A DNA stretch of 64,000 nt. It comes from an uncultured virus (IMG/VR IMGVR_UViG_3300009104_000003) (taxonomy: Duplodnaviria; Heunggongvirae; Uroviricota; Caudoviricetes). The notes beneath the pieces are model-generated. The model saw only the letters and a program-made list of their open reading frames with translations. It did not search any database and was not told where the DNA came from. A program made the position numbers and the translations under genes. The stretch lies in the IMG/VR virus record IMGVR_UViG_3300009104_000003; one strand, given 5' to 3'. Positions 54,596 to 62,745 of this stretch are shown one piece after another (positions within the stretch are counted from its first letter, which is position 1; the number at the start of each line of letters is the position of its first letter).

Positions 54596-54780
54596 TATTG
54601 GGGTCCGTCTGGTCCTTCATTAAATCTTTTGCTCGCTACTCTTTCTGCGAGATCATCAAAGCTTAGAAAAGAAGCTTCGTAAATTCCCATTCCTAACTCT
54701 GCGATCAATTCGAGCCTATTTAGCCCAATAGCATCCTCGAAGTGATTCTCGAGAATCGTTTCATTAACTGGATGTGACAT
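54595..54780 (-). CDS. Small early hypothetical protein
   Basis: AAGGAG RBS directly after an early promoter. Confidence 0.7.
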   Translation of the reverse strand: MSHPVNETILENHFEDAIGLNRLELIAELGMGIYEASFLSFDDLAERVASKRFNEGPDGPQ

Positions 54781-54814
54781 ATTAAACTCCTTATTTTTAA
54801 TTTGTTATAGGACC

Positions 54815-54844
54815 ATTATACCACACTTTTGGCCCTTTGTAAAC
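54815..54844 (-). promoter_or_regulatory. Strong early promoter
   Basis: GTTTACA-N17-TATAAT plus an upstream element shared with the 31182 promoter. Confidence 0.85.
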
Positions 54845-54967
54845 CCCCTATTTGAAAATAATTGAAAATAATTTGTAACAAATCGTAACAGGGGGGTGCT
54901 GTAGCGCGCATTCTACAGCGTTTCCAATGGTAACCATAAGACTATGCACGCTGTGGCACACGCTATT

Positions 54968-56683
54968 TTATCGGATTTTAGAGAAGTTTCCATCCTTATA
55001 GAATTCGATCTTAGAACGGATCTTATTCTCTAGGACATCACCTTTATGGGTTATAATGAAAACGTTAGACCCCTCATCTAGGGTACTTAGGATCTTAGTC
55101 AAGCTTTCTACCCCATCTATATCCAGGCTAGAGTCAAATGTCTCATCTAGGACCAATAGATTAGTAGCTGCGCTATTCTTCATCTTAGCTATTTGACGCC
55201 AGGTGAAGAGTAAGGATAAATCTATCCTTTGTTTCTCTCCCTCAGAGAAAGATGCATAGTTAAAACTATCCCTATATCTAGATCTAATCGTTTCATTAAA
55301 GTTTTCATCTAAGTGGAATGCTACAAAGAAGTCTAGGATTTGAAGATATTCATTAATTAACCTATTCATTACAGGAAGATATTGCTTAACTACTTTAGTT
55401 TTTATACCAGTATCTTTAAGCATTTCACCCATTACTTCGTTGTAAGTCCTTTCTTCTGTATACTTTAACTTATCTTCTATATGGTTTTCTTTGTTTTCTC
55501 GCAAGGTTTCTAATTCATTTTGAGCTTGTTTTACATCACCTGTTTGGCCAGAGAGTGAATTAATTTCCTTTTGGATCTTGTCAATCTCTTTCTGGAGAAG
55601 GGATATAGAATCATTATTAGAATTAATTCTATTTTGTTTATCCCTAAGCTTATCTAAACTCTTTGTGATTTGAGAGGTAGTACTAGATAAGACAGATAGT
55701 TTACGTTGAAGATCTTCTTTCTCTTCTTGTACATCTTTTGCAGTTGTTTTAATATAACTAATCTTACTAGTCTTTTTCTCTTCTGTAATATCTTGATCAC
55801 ATGTTGGACAATGATCATTCTCTTCATAAAACCTAGATTCTTTTACAAGATTTTTTATTTGGCTATTCAATTGAAGATTATGAGATTTTATATTTGCTAC
55901 CTGATCAAGTTGTTTAGAGTAAGCATTCTCTTCTGACTTCATAGAAGCAGTAAGATTCTTTCCTAATTTTTTAGATTCGTCAAATAGCTTATTGATCTTA
56001 TCTTTATGAATTTTAATAGAATCCCTTTTCTGAGAAATTTGATCCTTATTAATACCTCTTAGATCTTTTATATATTTTAATTGTCCTTGGGTTTTAGTTT
56101 TAATAAGATCAAGTCTATGGTTTATATCCACCAATTGATCTCTTATATTAGCATTGCGCTCTTTTAAGAGTTGGTTCATCTTAGAAAAGATCTTTATGTC
56201 GAGAAGATCCTCAATAACTCCTCTACGCGACCAAGCAGGAAGCTGCATAAAAGGAATAAAAGAAGAACTTCCAAGGACGACAACCTGGTGAAAGGATTTA
56301 TGATTGAGCTTAAGTATATTCTGCTCCAGAAATTTCTGATAATCTCTTGCATGTGATGATTGATTGATAAGTGTGCCATTTTGATATATCTCAAACTTGA
56401 ATGGCGTAATTCCTCTAAGTACTTTAAAATGTTGACCTCCTACTTCAAATTCTACTTCTACAATACATCTCTTCCTATTAATGGAATTGATTAGTTGGGG
56501 TTTATTAATATCTCTATGGGGTTTTCCAAAGAGTCCAAAAGAAAGAGCATCAAGCAGCGTGGATTTACCAGAACCGTTTGGTCCTCTAATAATTGTTGTG
56601 GGGTTTTTATCTAATTGAATATCAATGAATTCGTTTCCGGTGGAAAGAAAGTTTTTCCACCTACATGATTTAAATTGAATCAT
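54968..56683 (-). CDS. 46: Recombination ATPase gp46 (Rad50/SbcC-like)
   Basis: GPNGSGKST, CPTCDQ hook, FSEGEKQRIDL, LDETFD. Confidence 0.96.
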   Translation of the reverse strand: MIQFKSCRWKNFLSTGNEFIDIQLDKNPTTIIRGPNGSGKSTLLDALSFGLFGKPHRDINKPQLINSINRKRCIVEVEFEVGGQHFKVLRGITPFKFEIYQNGTLINQSSHARDYQKFLEQNILKLNHKSFHQVVVLGSSSFIPFMQLPAWSRRGVIEDLLDIKIFSKMNQLLKERNANIRDQLVDINHRLDLIKTKTQGQLKYIKDLRGINKDQISQKRDSIKIHKDKINKLFDESKKLGKNLTASMKSEENAYSKQLDQVANIKSHNLQLNSQIKNLVKESRFYEENDHCPTCDQDITEEKKTSKISYIKTTAKDVQEEKEDLQRKLSVLSSTTSQITKSLDKLRDKQNRINSNNDSISLLQKEIDKIQKEINSLSGQTGDVKQAQNELETLRENKENHIEDKLKYTEERTYNEVMGEMLKDTGIKTKVVKQYLPVMNRLINEYLQILDFFVAFHLDENFNETIRSRYRDSFNYASFSEGEKQRIDLSLLFTWRQIAKMKNSAATNLLVLDETFDSSLDIDGVESLTKILSTLDEGSNVFIITHKGDVLENKIRSKIEFYKDGNFSKIR

Positions 56684-57741
56684 ACTACCTCGAGATTTTG
56701 AGCTTCAGTATATAGCTCTCTTAATTTCACTTTTATGCGTTTTTTATCTAGATCTGTTTCTACTGCTTCGACATATGAGTCTAAAAGTTCAGTAGTATCC
56801 TCTAGTGACACTTTATCATCCTTTATACTATCACCGATAAACTCTTCAAAGCTTTCGGCTATCTTGAGTTCGTAAGTTTCTACGTTTTGTAATCGATCCA
56901 TCAATCGATCAAACATATAAAGATCGTTTTTGTTTAGTACAATGAGCTTTATAAACTTTCTTTCGAACTCTTTTATATTTATATTGTTGTAATTTTCTTT
57001 TTCATCATCATAAACAAACTTTTTGAATATGGTGATTGGGTTGCGCACGGGCGTGATCTCGCGCGTACGTGTATCTAATATGTGAAAATATTTTGGATCA
57101 TCCACATCAGCCCAGGTAAACTCCATTTGAGCTCCGAGCATATGTACATTTTCTTTACTAGATTTTGTATGGAAATGACCTGAGTAAACTGCTTCAAATC
57201 TTTTGAAGGTATCTGCATTCATTCCATGTGGATTTGATATACCTGGTTGTACATCGAATCCTTTTAATTCTAAGTGTGCGCAGAGAATATCTGCTTTAAC
57301 ATTATTTGTCCAATTAAGATACTCATCATGGTTATTATTATTAATCCAAGGGAGCATTGCTATATTTAATCCATCATACTCCAACACTGTTGGTTTCATT
57401 ATAATATTAACGTTAGAAGTAAAGTATCCTAAGAGTTCTTTAAGAGAACAAAGCTCGTTAGTATTTTTAAAATATACATCGTGGTTGCCAGGTATAATAT
57501 CCATAGTAATACCACGGTCCCGAATGGGCTCAAGAAAGACCTTACGGTTTTGATTAAGCGCTTTAAAATTAACGAACTTCCTATGTTCATAATAATCTCC
57601 TAGATGGAGTATATGTTTAATGTTATGTTCTTCTAGGTAAGGAAAGAATATTTCTTTATAAAATCGTTCTTGATATTTTAAAAATATATCGGATGAATTC
57701 CTAGTACCACAATGGGTATCATTTAATATAGCTATTTTCAT
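56680..57741 (-). CDS. 47: Recombination nuclease gp47 (Mre11/SbcD-like)
   Basis: DTHCG, LGD, GNHD, SGHFH. Confidence 0.95.
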   Translation of the reverse strand: MKIAILNDTHCGTRNSSDIFLKYQERFYKEIFFPYLEEHNIKHILHLGDYYEHRKFVNFKALNQNRKVFLEPIRDRGITMDIIPGNHDVYFKNTNELCSLKELLGYFTSNVNIIMKPTVLEYDGLNIAMLPWINNNNHDEYLNWTNNVKADILCAHLELKGFDVQPGISNPHGMNADTFKRFEAVYSGHFHTKSSKENVHMLGAQMEFTWADVDDPKYFHILDTRTREITPVRNPITIFKKFVYDDEKENYNNINIKEFERKFIKLIVLNKNDLYMFDRLMDRLQNVETYELKIAESFEEFIGDSIKDDKVSLEDTTELLDSYVEAVETDLDKKRIKVKLRELYTEAQNLEVV

Positions 57742-57742
57742 A

Positions 57743-58318
57743 TTATCCCATAAAGAGTTCTAATCTTTCTTTTTCTTTTTTCTTTTCTTGTTGAGCAAAG
57801 GTCTTAATCTTTTTATCAACAGTTCTTACCTTAGATATTCTTTCTCTAAGAGTATCAACATAAGCCATAGTTTCTGCTGCTCCTGACTCATCCATACCCA
57901 TAGCAGTAAAATCCTCGATGCCCATTCTTTCAATGAATCTCATCTTAATATCTTGCTGTTTCTTTTCCTTAGTTATCCTTCTGATAAAGGCAAAGTAAAC
58001 AATTTGAGTAAAGTAAGAGAATGCATTGGGTTTACCTGTACGTGTAGCTGTTTCAATCTTATAATTGTTAATAGCTCGTAAGCAGTTTTCTACTCCATCC
58101 ATCACCATTTCTTCTCTATATGTATATCTTACAAAGTTTGGCCGATGGCTCAATCCTTCTGCGATTTTTATAAAGCATGTGGCAATATAATCTGTTACCT
58201 TAGGAACGGGCTTATTCTTTTCCTTTGCTTCATTAGCTGAGGTGACATAATCAACTACAGCGTGTGAAAATTCTTTATTGTTAATATAATGGGCCTTCTT
58301 CTTCGCATCAGTAGCCAT
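57743..58318 (-). CDS. 55: Late sigma factor gp55
   Basis: HYINNKEF, PNFVRYTYREEM..DG, NAFSYFTQI.YFAFIRRI..EKKQ. Confidence 0.95.
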   Translation of the reverse strand: MATDAKKKAHYINNKEFSHAVVDYVTSANEAKEKNKPVPKVTDYIATCFIKIAEGLSHRPNFVRYTYREEMVMDGVENCLRAINNYKIETATRTGKPNAFSYFTQIVYFAFIRRITKEKKQQDIKMRFIERMGIEDFTAMGMDESGAAETMAYVDTLRERISKVRTVDKKIKTFAQQEKKKEKERLELFMG

Positions 58319-58344
58319 AATTTATCTCCATAATTATATAGTCT

Positions 58345-58374
58345 ATTATACCATAGTTTTTGGTAAAAGTAAAC
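58345..58374 (-). promoter_or_regulatory. Sigma70-like early/middle promoter for 55-47-46
   Basis: GTTTACT-N17-TATAAT. Confidence 0.8.
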
Positions 58375-58404
58375 TAATCTTTTTTTAATAATTTGCAAAA
58401 AAAG

Positions 58405-58434
58405 GTTTACAAATCACGTTTTTTGTGGTATAAT
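58405..58434 (+). promoter_or_regulatory. Divergent plus-strand promoter with no downstream plus-strand gene
   Basis: GTTTACA-N17-TATAAT with TGTGG extension, same consensus as the minus-strand family. Confidence 0.75.
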
Positions 58435-58460
58435 ATTAGAGCACCCCAGGGAAAGAGAGA

Positions 58461-58874
58461 CTAGTGAATAGTATCTTTCGGGTCTGGGAAGGGTATAACA
58501 TTATCCTCATAAGTTCTTTCAGTTTCATCCATCATTTCTTCAATGCTTTCATCTATTTCCTGCATTAAGTCTTCAGGTATTCTATTGTGTGGTACTAGCT
58601 TAGGTTTCATATGATGTGATGCTAGTCTTATATATTCCATCTTAAGTTCTTCGTCAATTTCAACATGATGTAGAATATGATTATTTTCGATCTTAAAAAT
58701 CTTCTGCCCTGAAAAGGGGAACCAAGGAAGGAAAGCAAACCCTCCGATGATATTAGATCTAATTACAAAAGGCCTTTCTACAATATAAGAATCAGGTTCT
58801 TTTTGTGTAACTAACGCAATGATCTCTTCGCCATTCATTAGCTTAAATTGTCGTATATTTATTTTTTCTTCCAT
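58461..58874 (-). CDS. Conserved Sm-like protein
   Basis: QFKLMNGEEIIA; syntenic between uvsW and 55. Confidence 0.7.
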   Translation of the reverse strand: MEEKINIRQFKLMNGEEIIALVTQKEPDSYIVERPFVIRSNIIGGFAFLPWFPFSGQKIFKIENNHILHHVEIDEELKMEYIRLASHHMKPKLVPHNRIPEDLMQEIDESIEEMMDETERTYEDNVIPFPDPKDTIH

Positions 58875-58876
58875 AC

Positions 58877-60364
58877 CTATATATTTATCTCAAAAATCCC
58901 GTATTTAAACTTTTCTTTTGAATATATTTTGATTCTTTCCGCTGCATGATTGAGCGTATAATTCTTCTTAGTCTTCCAATGAAGGTCATCTGCTATATCA
59001 TATACTTTTGTATTTATGCCATCTGGACTCACACGAAGTCCTCTACCAATTGATTGAAGTACTCTTATCTGTGATTTAGAAGGGGAGGCAAAGATAAGAT
59101 TGTTTAGTCTCTTTATATTTATACCAGTTGAGAATGTGCCTAACGAGGCAACAATAATAGCATTATTCTCTTTTTCAGTAATAGATCTTATTTTCTCTCT
59201 AGTATCTACATGGGTTTCGCCTGATACATAAAATAGTTTTCTCTTTTTATCTACTTTAGTTTTTAATAAATCGTGAAGGGGTTTACCATGTTTCTCTACA
59301 TAATTAAATAATATTAATGTATTACCTTTCTGATCAATCGCTAAATTAGCTATAAAATTATTGCGGGGCGCGTAGCCAACTATAAAATCTAATTCATCTT
59401 GATATTTAAGCTTTGATATAACTTTACAATACTCATCTTTATATTTAAGAAGTATAACATCTATATCCATCTGAGCTAGATCACCGGAATCCATAAGCTC
59501 TTTCGAAGTAGTTACTTTATATACTGGACCAAATAATCCTTCTAGAACTAATTGGTGGGTTTGTGTTCCATCTAATGTACCGGTAGTACCTATTCTATAT
59601 TTTGCATTGACACATTTTTCCATTATAGTAGTAAGTGATTTAGCCTTAAAGTTATGTGCTTCATCTCCTATGATCATACCATATCCATCGAACCATCCTT
59701 TTGGTAATTTATGAACAGATTGCCAAGTACTTATTATCACTCTAGGTTCTACATTAAATTTTTCTTTACCTGCATAAACCCTATGGCAATCAAAACGAGG
59801 TTCAAAGTTAGTATCCTTCGAAGAATAATCTTCAAAATCATAGTACATTTGTTCAACTAATGATGTAGTAGGTACAATAATTAGTACCTTTTCTTTGTTA
59901 TATTTTAGGAAGTGTCTTATAGCTAAATAGATGATTAAACTCTTGCCGGACGCAGTAGGTGATAAAAGTAACGATTTTGAGCTCCGTAGCGCGTGCCTAA
60001 GCGCTTCTAATTGGTAGGCCCTTGGTGTTATCATCCCCTTATTCACCGTTAAAATGCATTCTTTTAGTGTTTCTTCTAATAGTTTTTCATTATATTCTTG
60101 GATAATTGGGCCATCATTTACAATAGAATACTCTCTTTCTTCAGCAAATTCTTCAAGATAATTATATAATCCACAGTATAAAGTCTTATTTCTATGATTG
60201 AATAACCTTATTTTTCCATCCCACATTCTATTTCTATATGCAGGCATAAACTTATATCCTGGTACATAGAAACAAAAATGTTCTGCGAGCTCTCTTTCTG
60301 TTGAGGGTTCGCATTCTATTTCTAGGAAAGTTTCGTTAATTTTTTTAACTATTAAAGATTCCAT
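58877..60364 (-). CDS. uvsW: SF2 helicase UvsW
   Basis: WDGKIRLF, SPTASGKS, DEAH, LQSIGRGLR. Confidence 0.96.
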   Translation of the reverse strand: MESLIVKKINETFLEIECEPSTERELAEHFCFYVPGYKFMPAYRNRMWDGKIRLFNHRNKTLYCGLYNYLEEFAEEREYSIVNDGPIIQEYNEKLLEETLKECILTVNKGMITPRAYQLEALRHALRSSKSLLLSPTASGKSLIIYLAIRHFLKYNKEKVLIIVPTTSLVEQMYYDFEDYSSKDTNFEPRFDCHRVYAGKEKFNVEPRVIISTWQSVHKLPKGWFDGYGMIIGDEAHNFKAKSLTTIMEKCVNAKYRIGTTGTLDGTQTHQLVLEGLFGPVYKVTTSKELMDSGDLAQMDIDVILLKYKDEYCKVISKLKYQDELDFIVGYAPRNNFIANLAIDQKGNTLILFNYVEKHGKPLHDLLKTKVDKKRKLFYVSGETHVDTREKIRSITEKENNAIIVASLGTFSTGINIKRLNNLIFASPSKSQIRVLQSIGRGLRVSPDGINTKVYDIADDLHWKTKKNYTLNHAAERIKIYSKEKFKYGIFEINI

Positions 60365-61265
60365 TCAATCTATTCACTGTGCTTTTAACATCATAGCATA
60401 GATAATCATTTATATACCAATATATAAATTGATTAGCTTTATCTTTATTATGCCAACTTATATCTTTACATAATCCAGGCAACTGAGTTAATGTTTGTAG
60501 TTTTTTAGTTACCCAATGATATTCTGGCCAACCATATGATATAATAGGTACTTGGTGCATTAAGCATTCTATTCCTGCAGTACTATTATCTATTATAGCA
60601 ACGCGCGTACGCGGGAGAAAATCATGTATTGATTCAAATCCTTCTCTTACATCTACACCACGGGATTCCCATACACTCTTTAAATTTTTATTAAGGTCAA
60701 ATTTAGGATGAACTTTTACCACTATCTTATATTCTATTACTTGTTTAGATAATCTTTCTACTATCAATTTAAGTTTTTCTAAATGTCCACCTAGGCCAAA
60801 TCCTTTTACTGTTTCATCATCTGGCATTTGACCAATAACTAATATATGATCTTTTGGTACAGACTTGGCTTTTCTCCATTTTAATATAATAGAATCATCC
60901 CATTTATTTGACCTATTATTAATAAGTTCTTCTATTTTATTCCAGTCCATATTAAAATAAGGATTTAAATGACTATATAATATATCAGGTTCATATGGTT
61001 CTTCAAATGCCAATAAAGAACTATTAGCATATCCAATAGTATCAATTGCAAAATGTTTTGAGGTAGGAGCTGTAGGTTTAACAAATAATGCATTAGAATA
61101 ATCCATCTGAGTTAAATCCGTATGGTTAAATATATTGAGATCATCTGGATAATCGATTTGCTCTAATGCTTCTTCTATGCACGCGCGAGCGTAACCAAAA
61201 TTACCTCTCCATTCAAATTTATGTTCATATATTCTATATGCCACTAGTAAATTTTCTCCATTCAA
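60345..61265 (-). CDS. Capsule-polysaccharide-biosynthesis (KpsS/KpsC-like) glycosyltransferase-fold protein
   Basis: GQMPDD, VKVHP, SIHDFL, NSTAGIECL...PIISYG. Confidence 0.65.
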   Translation of the reverse strand: MNGENLLVAYRIYEHKFEWRGNFGYARACIEEALEQIDYPDDLNIFNHTDLTQMDYSNALFVKPTAPTSKHFAIDTIGYANSSLLAFEEPYEPDILYSHLNPYFNMDWNKIEELINNRSNKWDDSIILKWRKAKSVPKDHILVIGQMPDDETVKGFGLGGHLEKLKLIVERLSKQVIEYKIVVKVHPKFDLNKNLKSVWESRGVDVREGFESIHDFLPRTRVAIIDNSTAGIECLMHQVPIISYGWPEYHWVTKKLQTLTQLPGLCKDISWHNKDKANQFIYWYINDYLCYDVKSTVNRLNGIFNS

Positions 61266-61677
61266 TCATATTTTTGATATTCTGATGTCGCCATTTAATA
61301 TTGTCTAATATCTCTTTTAGGACATCAACTAATTCTTGTTGGTGAGCTATCTTAGCTTGTTGTTCTTGAATAAGAGGATCAGCATCATACCATTTATCTA
61401 GATCTCCCTTTAATACTGTTAATCCATTTAATGGATCATATTCCCATCCTTTTTGATCTAATTCTACTTGAGATAATTTACCACCATAGTGTAAAAACTT
61501 ATCTCTAAGCAGGGGTTTAAACTCTAGTTCTAGCTTCTTCAGCTTTAGTCTAGATATGCTGTGTAATTCTAGGTATTTGGAATGGAGTTTTGCGGAATCT
61601 CTGGATGCTTCATCAAGTTGCATCTCATCAATAACAGAGTCTTTTTTCCACATCTCTAAGATAGATTCGATATTCAT
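61234..61677 (-). CDS. uvsY: Recombination mediator UvsY
   Basis: WKKDSVID, LHSKYL, IKNMIEWRKF. Confidence 0.9.
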   Translation of the reverse strand: MNIESILEMWKKDSVIDEMQLDEASRDSAKLHSKYLELHSISRLKLKKLELEFKPLLRDKFLHYGGKLSQVELDQKGWEYDPLNGLTVLKGDLDKWYDADPLIQEQQAKIAHQQELVDVLKEILDNIKWRHQNIKNMIEWRKFTSGI

Positions 61678-61684
61678 AATGTAT

Positions 61685-61714
61685 ATTATACCACACTTTT
61701 AGCTAAAAGTAAAC
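61685..61714 (-). promoter_or_regulatory. Sigma70-like early/middle promoter for uvsY
   Basis: GTTTACT-N17-TATAAT. Confidence 0.8.
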
Positions 61715-61720
61715 CGTTTT

Positions 61721-62185
61721 TTAACTAAATTCGAATAAGGTATATTTAAATGTTACTGTTGCTTGTACGTATTCTAGGGATCCAGATTGAGCATTAAATT
61801 CTATAGAGGATAATGAAGTAGGGAATATTTCTTGAAATGATATTTCTTTTGCCACATTATTATGAGATGTTAAGATCAATAATCTTGCATCATATTTGTA
61901 TCCTTCAGCATCTTTAGCCTGTATTACATTTACCATCCAATTGTAAATCTCAATATAATTTTCTAGGTTTTCTGTAATATTAAAAGTTACACTTAAGTCC
62001 TCAAAGGTTAATCTATCCCCTGTCATACCAAGGTTAACTCCTTTATAAGGAGTATCTATAGAAGATAAACTAATTCCAGGAAGGTTAGCTGCAGTACAAA
62101 AGTACTCAGTATTAGCCATATTGGAATCAATCTTGAGTGTAAACCCTATAGGGCTTAAGAAATTTTTATTCGTCGTTAGGGCCAT
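61721..62185 (-). CDS. Tail completion/tube terminator gp3-like
   Basis: NFLSPIGF, ANLPGISL, ENLENYIEIYNW, FPTSLS; synteny 23-3-uvsY. Confidence 0.8.
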   Translation of the reverse strand: MALTTNKNFLSPIGFTLKIDSNMANTEYFCTAANLPGISLSSIDTPYKGVNLGMTGDRLTFEDLSVTFNITENLENYIEIYNWMVNVIQAKDAEGYKYDARLLILTSHNNVAKEISFQEIFPTSLSSIEFNAQSGSLEYVQATVTFKYTLFEFS

Positions 62186-62366
62186 AAGTTCTATTTTGCC
62201 ATTTTTCTAATAACCAATCATGCCATCTATCTACATATTCATCTCTAGTTAGTCTATTTCCTGCTGCAGGTAAACTAAGATTTTCATCTTCGTTGTCTAA
62301 CCACATTCTAGTACAGAAAGAATCAAAGTCATTTTGTAAATGCATCTGATTTGTTAATTTGGTCAT
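62166..62366 (-). CDS. Hypothetical protein
   Basis: FCTRMWLD; directly after a late promoter. Confidence 0.6.
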   Translation of the reverse strand: MTKLTNQMHLQNDFDSFCTRMWLDNEDENLSLPAAGNRLTRDEYVDRWHDWLLEKWQNRTYGPNDE

Positions 62367-62371
62367 AATAC

Positions 62372-62412
62372 TATTTATACGCCAAAAAAAAGAGGATCCG
62401 AAGATCCTCTTT
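62372..62412 (-). terminator. UUCG terminator plus late promoter cassette, copy 1
   Basis: GAGGATC-TTCG-GATCCTC-T8-GGCG-TATAAATA. Confidence 0.9.
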
Positions 62413-62419
62413 CCTTTAC

Positions 62420-62635
62420 TTATTTTTCGTTTACGAATTCATTCAGTTGTCTAGCAACTTGAATAATATCTTCGCCAACAATCTCTCTTAACGGTAAAGT
62501 TTTTTTATCGTTAGGAAAGTTATCGTTGTGCATATAAATCGCGTCACATTCTCTTTGCAAGTTTCCTTCCAAAAGACCTTGTGCTTGATTTAGTAAATCG
62601 GCTCTGATTTCGAACCCAGATTTGTTATCTGCCAT
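62420..62635 (-). CDS. Conserved small hypothetical protein
   Basis: SGFEIRADLL...ARQLNEFV; AGGAG RBS. Confidence 0.75.
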   Translation of the reverse strand: MADNKSGFEIRADLLNQAQGLLEGNLQRECDAIYMHNDNFPNDKKTLPLREIVGEDIIQVARQLNEFVNEK

Positions 62636-62680
62636 GATATTCTCCTGTGTGTATGTGTGTTAAGTCAAAATTGACATTTA

Positions 62681-62721
62681 TATTTATACGCCAAAAAAAA
62701 GAGGATCCGAAGATCCTCTTT
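62681..62721 (-). terminator. UUCG terminator plus late promoter cassette, copy 2 (gp23 terminator)
   Basis: Identical to 62372-62412 over 41 nt. Confidence 0.9.
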
Positions 62722-62745
62722 TAGTTTGAATCGAATAGATTACGG

